A stretch of DNA of 64,000 bases, taken from Candidatus Kuenenbacteria bacterium. GTDB lineage: Bacteria; Patescibacteriota; Patescibacteriia; UBA2196; GWA2-42-15. Below, piece after piece: positions 17,215-25,603 of this stretch. The position numbers and the translations under genes were made by a program. Under the pieces are notes generated by a model that had not been told where the DNA came from, made no database searches, and saw only the letters and a program-made list of their open reading frames with translations. The DNA lies in the NCBI GenBank assembly GCA_012797775.1, contig JAAZOM010000029.1, positions 3,722 to 67,721 of the forward strand. Reading direction: 5' to 3'. Every line of letters starts with the position of its first letter. The stretch's first letter is position 1.

Positions 17215-18657
17215 ATGAAACAACACTGGTTAAAAATTTATATTTTGATTGTGGGGTCTGCTATTTTTGTTTTAGTTGGTGTTCTTTGGTTTGGTATAAG
17301 CAACTACACAAGAGCTGGAAAGTTGTGGCAGTATGCGCCGCGGGAGACAGATTTTTTCGTAGAGATAAATTTGGCAGACAAAAATTTGGTTGATTTTTTA
17401 CAGCAAAATAGAACAGCAAAAGATATGTTGGAAAAATTTTTATTAGACAATGATTTACCTGCGGAATTGTGGAAATCCGAAAACGAATTGATTGAGGTGG
17501 GCATGTTTATTATTAAAGCAGATAAAGAGGGTGAAAAAAATAAGAGTGGTTGGATAATAAGAACAAGGGGAGACGCCGGGCAGCTTGGTGTTTATTTGGG
17601 GGGTTATTATTATACAACAGCAAAAGCAAACATAGCAGTTATTTCCAGAGAGAAAGAACCAATAAGGGAAATTGAGAATAAAAATTTTTTTAACAAGATG
17701 AGTAGAGATCAAGAGAAAAGGATGAAGGGGTCTTTGGCTGGTGGCTTTTGGGATTTAGATTTTTGGCCTGGCAATTTAGATGTCGCTTGGCCTTTGAAAA
17801 ATATCGTAAAGGCAAATTTTAAAATAACTAGAGAGGCGGTTTTCTGGCAGATAACAAAACGCGAAGAGTCTTTTGATTTGTTTTTAGAATGGCCAGCTGG
17901 AGTAGAAAAACAAAAGATAGAGGCGGTTAAGACCAACAAAGATGTTTATTTTATAGAGGGCGCTATGGTTTTAAATATTTGGGAGCTGGGTGATATATGG
18001 GAGAAGATAGCGGCCGGAAACATAGACCAGTATTTGGACAGAGCGGCAATAGAAGAATATTTAAATAATAAATATAAAATTCGCGTGGATAGATTGTATA
18101 CAATTTTTGAACAGCCATTCTTTTTGGTTGTACAGCCTACCCAAAAGAGCGACGGCCTTTATAAAAATTATCAGAGCGGAATAAACCATTATGTTTTAGA
18201 TGCCAGCGTGCCTAGTGGTCAAGACGGAGGAGTAATAATTAGTGAGCTGGAGTCTTTTATGAGAAACTATATGGCTTATAAGTTTCCCGAGAAGCGCTTA
18301 AAAGTTTTGCCAGACAAAACAAGCGGTTATGAAGTGGTGGCCAATTCCGATAAATTTTTATTGGCAACAGAAAAATATGGTGAGGGAGATTTGAGGTATA
18401 TCAGAAAGGATAATTTTGAGGCGGGTTATTATTTGAGTGATAAAAAATTGATGATCTTTGACTCCGTAGAATTGGCGAAGAGTGTTTTGGATAACAAAAA
18501 TAGAGAAGTGCCGTGGTTGGTTGATAGAAATAGCGAGTGTTTACTGGACCCAAATATTTTTGGTTGGCAGATAGCTGATTTTATAAGGGCGGTAGGAATG
18601 GATTTTGAGTGGGGGGTGGAGAGTTTTAATGTTCGAGCAACTCTATATAATAAATAG
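17215..18657 (+). CDS. Hypothetical membrane-anchored protein
   Basis: 480-aa ORF with an N-terminal TM helix. No recognisable catalytic motifs. Confidence 0.55.
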   Translation: MKQHWLKIYILIVGSAIFVLVGVLWFGISNYTRAGKLWQYAPRETDFFVEINLADKNLVDFLQQNRTAKDMLEKFLLDNDLPAELWKSENELIEVGMFIIKADKEGEKNKSGWIIRTRGDAGQLGVYLGGYYYTTAKANIAVISREKEPIREIENKNFFNKMSRDQEKRMKGSLAGGFWDLDFWPGNLDVAWPLKNIVKANFKITREAVFWQITKREESFDLFLEWPAGVEKQKIEAVKTNKDVYFIEGAMVLNIWELGDIWEKIAAGNIDQYLDRAAIEEYLNNKYKIRVDRLYTIFEQPFFLVVQPTQKSDGLYKNYQSGINHYVLDASVPSGQDGGVIISELESFMRNYMAYKFPEKRLKVLPDKTSGYEVVANSDKFLLATEKYGEGDLRYIRKDNFEAGYYLSDKKLMIFDSVELAKSVLDNKNREVPWLVDRNSECLLDPNIFGWQIADFIRAVGMDFEWGVESFNVRATLYNK

Positions 18658-18808
18658 GGGGCAAGAAGCTCCCGGTAGATTTGATGAGTGGTGGCGCTGT
18701 CTAAAATTATAGATGTTGGAGCCAAAAAGGTTTTAATCTTGTGGATAAGTGTTGTTAAAAAAACAAGTTAGGAAAAAATATTACAAAATTGTGGTTTTTT
18801 TGACTTTG

Positions 18809-18841
18809 ACCTCTTTTAAAAAATGTGCTATACTTATAGTG
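18809..18841 (+). promoter_or_regulatory. Sigma70-like promoter (TTGACC-17nt-TGcTATACT)
   Basis: Same TTGACTTTGAC..ATGTGCTATACT architecture as 11883-11916. Confidence 0.5.
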
Positions 18842-19241
18842 TAAGTGTTTTTTGGACTTTTATTCACAGTAGAGGATAATTGTCCCAAATGAAAACAAAA
18901 AGCAAAAATCAAAATTTGGTACAGTTATTCTTTACTGTTCGTAATAGGTTCCTGGAGGCGCGAGAACCTGTTTCTCAAAAAATATAAAACAAAAATAAAA
19001 AGGTAACTTTTTATCCCATAAAGATAGAGAGATTACCAGAAGAACGGTAGAGAATAAAAGCTTTTTGACAAATCGGCCCAAAAAGCACTTTGTCCCTAAT
19101 ACGGGAAAATCTTGGCCGCGCACCACCATCTGAATTTTTTTAAAAAAAGAATTTAGGTGCCGGTGCGCTCCAAGTCCCACTAGGGATTTGGAGGCGTGTG
19201 ACCTCATTAATCAATTTTAATTGGAGGCTCACCGCCTCCTT
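18842..19241 (+). ncRNA. Candidate ~400-nt noncoding transcript
   Basis: Lies between the promoter and the terminator GGAGGCTCACCGCCTCC TTTTTTG (19222-19246). Shares TTGACAAATCGG and AGCACTTT blocks with the 11.9-kb locus. No convincing ORF. Confidence 0.3.
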
Positions 19242-19285
19242 TTTTGTTACTTGAAAAAAGGCGTATAAAAGGTTACGATAAAGAT

Positions 19286-20836
19286 ATGAAAAAGGAAAAT
19301 CTCAAAAAGACAATTATGCAGTTGAAGGAGGAGGGCTTTTTTGATTGGCAAAAAGAGATAGAAAAAAATAAGGGCGAGGTTTTTTTGGTGGGCGGAGCAG
19401 TGAGAGATGCCCTGCTTGGGGACAAAGAAATAAAGGATTATGATTTTGTGGTGAGAGGAATAGAGATAGAGGAGCTTGGTAAAATTTTAAAGAGCTTGGG
19501 TAGGGTGGAACTCGTTGGTAAGAGTTTCGGTGTATACAAATTTGTACCGGCTGGTAAGAAAATGAAAATAGCTTTTGATATTGCATTGCCCCGAACAGAG
19601 ATTGCTCTGGCAACTGGTGGGTATAAAGATTTTAAAGTGAGGTATAATCACAAATTAAAAATAGAAGATGATTTGGGTCGTAGAGATTTTACAATTAATG
19701 CCTTGGCTTGGGATTTAAAGAAGGAAAAATTAATTGATGAGTTTGGAGGTTTGGAAGACTTAGAAAACAAATTGATCAGGACTGTGGGCAATGCTCAAGA
19801 GAGGTTTCGGGAAGATTATTCTAGGATGCTTCGAGGAGTGCGTTTTGCTTGTCAGCTGAATTTTCAAATAGAAAAAAGTACCAGGGTGGCTTTGCAGAAA
19901 TTGATAAAAAATATAAATGATGAGCGCGGCGGAGAAAGGGTGGTGCCGTATGAAATTTTGGGCGAGGAGATTTTGAAAGCTTTTGTTTATAATCCCATGG
20001 AGGCTTTTGATCTGATGGATAAATCTGGAGCGATGAGAGAGACAATGCCAGAGCTTTTAAAAATGAAAGGGTGTCCACAGCCAAGGAATTGGCATAGTGA
20101 GGGCGATGTCTGGACGCACACAAGATTGTGTTTGAAAAATTTAAATAGCGAGGCTTTTCGGGAAAGATTTGGAGACCCAATTATTTTTGATGATAAAATC
20201 AAAAACCAAAACTCAGAATTCAAAAGCAAGGTTAGATTATTAAATGCGGAATTAGTGATGGCCGTTTTGTGGCATGACGTGGGAAAGCCGGTAACAATTA
20301 TGACACCAGAAAAAAATGGCTCTGATAGAATTCGTTTTAATAATCATGATGAGTTGGGCGCCAAGATGGCAGAAGAGATTTTTAGAAAAATGAAATTTTC
20401 AGCCGCACCGGATTTTGATTTTGAGCCAGAGCGAGCTGCTTGGCTGATAAGAAAGCATCATTTATTTGATAAAAAAAGGATAAAAGAAATGAAGGCGGCA
20501 ACAATTGAAAAGTATTTTTTTTGTGAGAGATATAGTGGCGAGGATTTATTAAAACTCGGTTTTATTGATGGGCTGAGCTCAATACCGGAGGACGAGGAAG
20601 AACAGTTGGCGAGTTTTAATTTGATGATTGGCAGAATAGAGGGGTTAAAGAAGTTGGGTAAGGATAGAAAATTGCCAAAGCCATTACTTGATGGCAACGA
20701 GATAATGAAGATTTTGAAGATAAGGCCGGGCAAGAAAGTGGGTAAGATTTTGGAAGGGTTGAGAGAAAAACAGTTGGCGGGGAAGATAAAAAATAGAAAA
20801 GAGGCGGAGAAAGAGATCGGGAAGGTGGGGAAGTAG
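19286..20836 (+). CDS. cca: CCA-adding enzyme / tRNA nucleotidyltransferase with C-terminal HD domain
   Basis: GGAVRDALLG, RRDFTINA and HD-domain WHDVGKP motifs. Start placed at ATG 19286. The ORF track begins at TTG 19244. Confidence 0.8.
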   Translation: MKKENLKKTIMQLKEEGFFDWQKEIEKNKGEVFLVGGAVRDALLGDKEIKDYDFVVRGIEIEELGKILKSLGRVELVGKSFGVYKFVPAGKKMKIAFDIALPRTEIALATGGYKDFKVRYNHKLKIEDDLGRRDFTINALAWDLKKEKLIDEFGGLEDLENKLIRTVGNAQERFREDYSRMLRGVRFACQLNFQIEKSTRVALQKLIKNINDERGGERVVPYEILGEEILKAFVYNPMEAFDLMDKSGAMRETMPELLKMKGCPQPRNWHSEGDVWTHTRLCLKNLNSEAFRERFGDPIIFDDKIKNQNSEFKSKVRLLNAELVMAVLWHDVGKPVTIMTPEKNGSDRIRFNNHDELGAKMAEEIFRKMKFSAAPDFDFEPERAAWLIRKHHLFDKKRIKEMKAATIEKYFFCERYSGEDLLKLGFIDGLSSIPEDEEEQLASFNLMIGRIEGLKKLGKDRKLPKPLLDGNEIMKILKIRPGKKVGKILEGLREKQLAGKIKNRKEAEKEIGKVGK

Positions 20837-20910
20837 GGAGGTAGGTAAGTCGGGTAAACTGTAGTGTTTCATTGTTATGTTGTTGAATTATTAAATTGTT
20901 AAGTTATTAT

Positions 20911-21852
20911 ATGACAAAATTTTTAGTCGAATTAGGAGATGGGGGCAAAAGATTGGACCAATTTTTACAAGGAAAGCTGGGGGAGCTGTCGCGTTCACAG
21001 ATACAGAAAATGATTAAGGCCGGAGAAATAACCGTTGACGGAAAAGAGGTGGCAGTACATTATTTTTTAAAACCGGGGAATGAAATTAAAGTCAAAAGTC
21101 AATCCGCCAGCCGGCGGACAAAAGTCAATCCGCCAGCCGGCGGGCAAAAGTCAAAATTGGCGGGAATAAAAGTTATAAAAGAGGATAAGGATTATATTGT
21201 AGTAAATAAGCCAGCGGGGATGGTGGTGCACCCAGATACTATATACAAAGATAACGCTTTGGTTGATTGGCTAGTAAAGAAATATCCAGAGGTAAAAAAA
21301 GTGGGTGACGATCAAAAGCGACCGGGGATAGTACATCGTTTGGACAAAGATGTTTCTGGTCTTATGGTGGTAGCACGGACGCAAAAAATGTTTGATTATT
21401 TAAAAAAACAATTTCAAGATAGAAAAGTGGAGAAAGAATATCTGGCCTTGGTTCATGGTGTGGTAGTAAAAGATGAGGGCCTGATTGATAGGCCGATTGG
21501 CAGGACAGTTGGTGGGGTGATGGGTGTGGGATCAAAAAATAAAAAAAGTCGAGAAGCGGGAACACAGTATAGGGTGGTGGAAAGATTTAAAAATTTTACT
21601 TTATTAAAAATAAAGATTTTTACTGGGCGGACACACCAAATCAGGGCGCACATGAAATCGATTGGGCACGGCTTGATTGGCGACAATCTTTATGTGACGC
21701 GTGATATAAAAAGGAAAAAGAAACAAGAGGATTTGGGGCGAGTGTGGTTGTATGCTTGTCGGCTGGGTTTTAAAGATCTGGATGAGAAATGGCAGGAGTT
21801 TGAGGTGGCAATGCCAGAAGAATTAAAGTTGTTTTTGGGGAAGATAAAATAA
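20911..21852 (+). CDS. RluA-family 23S rRNA pseudouridine synthase (RluD-like) with S4 domain
   Basis: S4-like N-terminus and HRLDKDVSGLMVVART catalytic motif. Contains an in-frame tandem 26-bp repeat insertion (21093-21154). Confidence 0.85.
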   Translation: MTKFLVELGDGGKRLDQFLQGKLGELSRSQIQKMIKAGEITVDGKEVAVHYFLKPGNEIKVKSQSASRRTKVNPPAGGQKSKLAGIKVIKEDKDYIVVNKPAGMVVHPDTIYKDNALVDWLVKKYPEVKKVGDDQKRPGIVHRLDKDVSGLMVVARTQKMFDYLKKQFQDRKVEKEYLALVHGVVVKDEGLIDRPIGRTVGGVMGVGSKNKKSREAGTQYRVVERFKNFTLLKIKIFTGRTHQIRAHMKSIGHGLIGDNLYVTRDIKRKKKQEDLGRVWLYACRLGFKDLDEKWQEFEVAMPEELKLFLGKIK

Positions 21853-21886
21853 ATCAAGTAACTAGCAATTAGTAATTTTTGGGTTT

Positions 21887-22456
21887 ATGAAAACAAAAGG
21901 GAAAATATTTATAATTTTTGGAGTATCTGGTTCGGGCCAAGACGCGGTTATCAAGGGTTTATTTAAAAAAGGACTAAGGGCAATCCGAATGATAACTACA
22001 GTGACAAGGGGCAAGCGGCCGGGTGAGAGAAATGGCCGACCCTATTATTTTATTTCTGAAGGGCGATTTAGGGAGATGATTAAAAAAAATAAATTTATAG
22101 AATGGGATGAGCACTACGGTGCTTATTATGGGTGTACTTATAATGAACTGGAGCGAGTAAAGAAAACCGGCAAGATAATTTTATGGAAAACGGAAATGAG
22201 GGGGGCCCTAGCCATTAAGAGAAAATTCCCAAATGTGATAGTAATTATGATAAAGCCGCCATCAATAAAAGTAGCCCTAGAGAGATTAAAGAAGAGGGGT
22301 GATGGTGGTCAAGTGGTGGGTAGAAGGTTGGTGGAGATAAAGAGCTATATGCGGGCGGCTAAGAATAAAAAATTTGATTTTGTGGTGACCAATAAAGAGG
22401 GCGGGTTGGACGAGACCGTAGAAAGGGTAAAAAAAATTATAGAAAAAAATATCTAA
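21887..22456 (+). CDS. gmk: Guanylate kinase (divergent)
   Basis: P-loop GVSGSGQ and TTRGKRPGERNGRPYYFIS pattern. Confidence 0.65.
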   Translation: MKTKGKIFIIFGVSGSGQDAVIKGLFKKGLRAIRMITTVTRGKRPGERNGRPYYFISEGRFREMIKKNKFIEWDEHYGAYYGCTYNELERVKKTGKIILWKTEMRGALAIKRKFPNVIVIMIKPPSIKVALERLKKRGDGGQVVGRRLVEIKSYMRAAKNKKFDFVVTNKEGGLDETVERVKKIIEKNI

Positions 22457-22461
22457 TAATT

Positions 22462-22492
22462 ATATTTAAAAACACCTTGATGAGCAGGTGTT
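22462..22492 (+). terminator. Rho-independent terminator after gmk
   Basis: AACACCTTGATGAGCAGGTGTT hairpin followed by TTTAAATTT. Confidence 0.55.
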
Positions 22493-22540
22493 TTTAAATT
22501 TATATTTTTTTGTTATAATAAAGAATATTAAGATTGATTT

Positions 22541-24268
22541 ATGAAAAAACAAATTGCCATAAAGATTGGTGGTGAGGCGGGGCAAGGAATTAAGGTTTCC
22601 GGCTTGATTTTGGGGCGGGCGTTTTTTGGTGCCGGGGCCTATATTTTTGGTTATAGCGAATACCCGTCACTTATTCGCGGCGGGCATAATACTTATCAAC
22701 TGAATATTTCAGAACAGCCAATATGCTCAGCGACAAAGAAGGTAGACGTGCTTTTGGCCCTAGACAAAAAGACAGCAGAGTTGCACCAGAGCGAGATAAA
22801 AGAAGGAGGTTTTGTAATTTTTGATGGATTGAATTTGGATAGTAAAAGTTGGGTTGGTATAAATTTGATAGATTTACCTTTGGCAAAATTGGCAGAAGAA
22901 AATGGCGGAGTGATTATGCGCAACACCGTGGCTCTCGGAGCCCTGGCTGGCGTGGTTGACTTTGATATTAAAGCGATAGAATCAGAGATAGAAAAAAATT
23001 TTAAAAATAAAGGGGAAGGCGTGGTGGGTGCTAATAAAAAGGCCGCACGGGCAGGGTATGATTATTTGGCAAATAATTATAAAAACAAAAAAGTAATCAA
23101 TGGCTGGTCTTTCGAGAAGAGAAAAAATGAAGGGAATTTATTGACTGGTAATGAGGCAATAGCCATGGGCATGCTCCAGGCCGGTTGTGATTTTTATACT
23201 GCTTATCCAATGACGCCAGCGACATCTATTTTACATATTTTAATAGATAAACAAAAAACTGAAAAGATTGTAGTTCATCAGGCCGAGGATGAGATATCGG
23301 CGATCGGAGTAGCCATTGGAGCCTCTTTGGCCGGGGCCAGGGCGGCAACGGGAACATCGGGCGGCGGCTTTTCTTTGATGACGGAAAGTCTGGGGCTCTC
23401 AGCAATAACAGAGACACCAATAGTGGTAATAAATTCACAAAGGCCAGCGCCAGCGACTGGCTTGCCGACCTGGACAGAGCAGGGGGATTTGAATTTTGTT
23501 TTAAATGCTTCGCATGGGGAATTCCCAAGAGTGGTCTTGGCGCCGGGCGATGCTGAAGAATCATTTTACGCTATTCAGGAAGCTTTTAATTTGGCGGAGA
23601 AATGGCAGTTGCCAGTAATAGTTTTGTTGGATAAATTATTATCAGAATCTGATTTTACCTTGGATAGTTTGGATAAGGATAAAATAAAGATAAAAAGAGA
23701 GGGTTTATTGAGTGAGGATGATTTGCAAAGAATAGAGAAATATAAAAGATATGAGATAACCCCCAACGGGGTTTCAAATAGGGCTTTGCCGGGGCAGGCG
23801 GGGGGTGTGCATCTGTCTAATTCTGACGAACATGATGAATATGGTTTTTCCAGTGAAGAAGCAGAGGATAGAAAAAGAATGATGGACAAAAGATTTGCCA
23901 AGGTAAAAGTATTGGGGGGTGAGATGCAAGAGCCAGTATTGTATGGCAAGGAAGAGGCCGATCTGACTGTTGTTGGCTGGGGAGCGGTAAAGGGAGTCGT
24001 TTTGGATGCGTTAAAAAATGTCGATGAGAGTAAAAAGATCAATTTTTTACACTTAAAGACATTGTGGCCATTCCCAGAAAGAAGAGTGAGAGCGGTTTTG
24101 GAAAAAAGCAAAAACATTTTGTTGATAGAAAATAATAAAACAGGGCAATTGGGTGATTTGATAAAAAAGGAGACAGGAGTGCAGATAAAAAATAGGTTTT
24201 TGAAATATGATGGCAGGCCATTTTTTAGGGAAGAAGTGGTCGATAAGATTAATGAATTAACGCATTAA
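22541..24268 (+). CDS. korA: 2-oxoacid:ferredoxin oxidoreductase alpha subunit
   Basis: IKIGGEAGQGI N-terminus and the PFOR alpha/gamma domain pattern. Confidence 0.85.
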   Translation: MKKQIAIKIGGEAGQGIKVSGLILGRAFFGAGAYIFGYSEYPSLIRGGHNTYQLNISEQPICSATKKVDVLLALDKKTAELHQSEIKEGGFVIFDGLNLDSKSWVGINLIDLPLAKLAEENGGVIMRNTVALGALAGVVDFDIKAIESEIEKNFKNKGEGVVGANKKAARAGYDYLANNYKNKKVINGWSFEKRKNEGNLLTGNEAIAMGMLQAGCDFYTAYPMTPATSILHILIDKQKTEKIVVHQAEDEISAIGVAIGASLAGARAATGTSGGGFSLMTESLGLSAITETPIVVINSQRPAPATGLPTWTEQGDLNFVLNASHGEFPRVVLAPGDAEESFYAIQEAFNLAEKWQLPVIVLLDKLLSESDFTLDSLDKDKIKIKREGLLSEDDLQRIEKYKRYEITPNGVSNRALPGQAGGVHLSNSDEHDEYGFSSEEAEDRKRMMDKRFAKVKVLGGEMQEPVLYGKEEADLTVVGWGAVKGVVLDALKNVDESKKINFLHLKTLWPFPERRVRAVLEKSKNILLIENNKTGQLGDLIKKETGVQIKNRFLKYDGRPFFREEVVDKINELTH

Positions 24269-24282
24269 TAAATTAAATAATT

Positions 24283-25095
24283 ATGCAGCAAGGACAGGAA
24301 AAATTTAATACAAAGGTAATGCCAACTTGGTGTCCGGGGTGTGGTAATTTTGGCATTTGGGCCGCTTTAAAAAAAGCTTTATTGGACTTGGGGCTGGAAC
24401 CACATCAGGTTTTGATGACTTATGATATTGGTTGCTTTGGTAACGGGGCAAATTTTTTCAAGACTTATGGTTTTCATTCACTCCATGGTAGAGCGTTGCC
24501 ACCGGCAGTGGGGGCCAAAATTTTTAATAGAAAATTGACAGTCATGGCCCTGGCCGGTGACGGCGGGGCATATGGAGAAGGATTGCAACATTTTATACAT
24601 GCGGCTAGGTATAATGTTGACGTGACCTTTTTGGTAGCCAATAACCAAAGATTTAGCCTGACAACTGGCCAGGCATCACCGACAACAAAAAAAGGAATAA
24701 TAACCAAGACAACTCCTTGGGGGGAAATAAAGACACCGTTGAATCCCTTGGCTTTGGCAATTGAAAGCGGGGCAGGTTTGGTGGCTAGGGGTTTTGCTGG
24801 AGATATAGTACATCTGACTGAAATAATAAAGGTGGCAATAGAGCACAAGGGTTTTTCTCACGTGGATATTTTGCAGCCGTGCGTATCTTTCAACCCAGAG
24901 CAGAGTTATGAGTGGTATAGGGGTGTGATTTATAAATTGGAAGAGCACAAATATATACCTGATGATAAAAGAAGGGCACTGGAGAAGGCGTGGGAGTTTG
25001 AGGAGAGTGGCAAAATGCCCACAGGCATTTTTTATAAGGAAGAAAAGGAGAGCTACGAGGAAGGGCTGCAAAAAGTAAAGAACAAAGAAGAATAA
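24283..25095 (+). CDS. korB: 2-oxoacid:ferredoxin oxidoreductase beta subunit (TPP-binding)
   Basis: WCPGCGNFGI and GDGG TPP-binding motifs. Confidence 0.85.
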   Translation: MQQGQEKFNTKVMPTWCPGCGNFGIWAALKKALLDLGLEPHQVLMTYDIGCFGNGANFFKTYGFHSLHGRALPPAVGAKIFNRKLTVMALAGDGGAYGEGLQHFIHAARYNVDVTFLVANNQRFSLTTGQASPTTKKGIITKTTPWGEIKTPLNPLALAIESGAGLVARGFAGDIVHLTEIIKVAIEHKGFSHVDILQPCVSFNPEQSYEWYRGVIYKLEEHKYIPDDKRRALEKAWEFEESGKMPTGIFYKEEKESYEEGLQKVKNKEE

Positions 25096-25102
25096 AAAAG
25101 AA

Positions 25103-25135
25103 AATCAAAAAATCCCGATAAGATCGGGATTTTTT
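25103..25135 (+). terminator. Rho-independent terminator after korB
   Basis: AAAAATCCCGAT AA GATCGGGATTTTTTG. Confidence 0.75.
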
Positions 25136-25138
25136 GAA

Positions 25139-25223
25139 TGGTGCCCAGGGCGGGAATCGAACCCGCATGACCGAAGCCGCAGGATTTTAAGTCCTGTGCG
25201 TCTACCAGTTCCGCCACCTGGGC
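25139..25223 (-). tRNA. tRNA-Leu (anticodon TAA), CCA encoded
   Basis: Cloverleaf with long variable arm. Anticodon loop CTTAAAA. Confidence 0.85.
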
Positions 25224-25224
25224 G

Positions 25225-25299
<75 letters not shown>

Positions 25300-25400
25300 G
25301 TAAATTAATTTTAAATTTTCAATCCCCAAACAATTTTAATTAATAAATTATTAAAGCTATAAAAGTATCCTAACAGAAACAGTTTGGTTGGTAAAGATAT

Positions 25401-25482
25401 TGCTGGAGGGGAGACTCGAACTCCCAAGCCTTGCGGCACATGCTCCTAAGGCATGCGCGTATACCAATTCCGCCACTCCAGC
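25401..25482 (-). tRNA. tRNA-Leu (anticodon TAG)
   Basis: Cloverleaf GCTGGAG..loop CTTAGGA..long variable arm..GGGAGTTCGAGTCTCCC..CTCCAGCA. Confidence 0.8.
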
Positions 25483-25603
25483 CAATTTTATGTGGGCTGA
25501 ATTTATCTTAGCTTATGGAGGGAATAATTTCAAGATTTTGATTTTGGCGATAGTCTTTTTGATGATATAATAAAGGCCAAGGGAGGAATATCCTATAAAG
25601 GCT

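Noticed and set aside
18932-19207. 91-aa minus-strand ORF in the 18.7-19.2 kb spacer
   Set aside because: No RBS and odd composition. It overlaps the promoter-to-terminator unit on the plus strand, so the region is treated as a candidate ncRNA locus instead.
19244-19285. TTG start of the cca ORF at 19244
   Set aside because: It would begin inside the upstream terminator hairpin. ATG 19286 gives a canonical N-terminus for nucleotidyltransferases.
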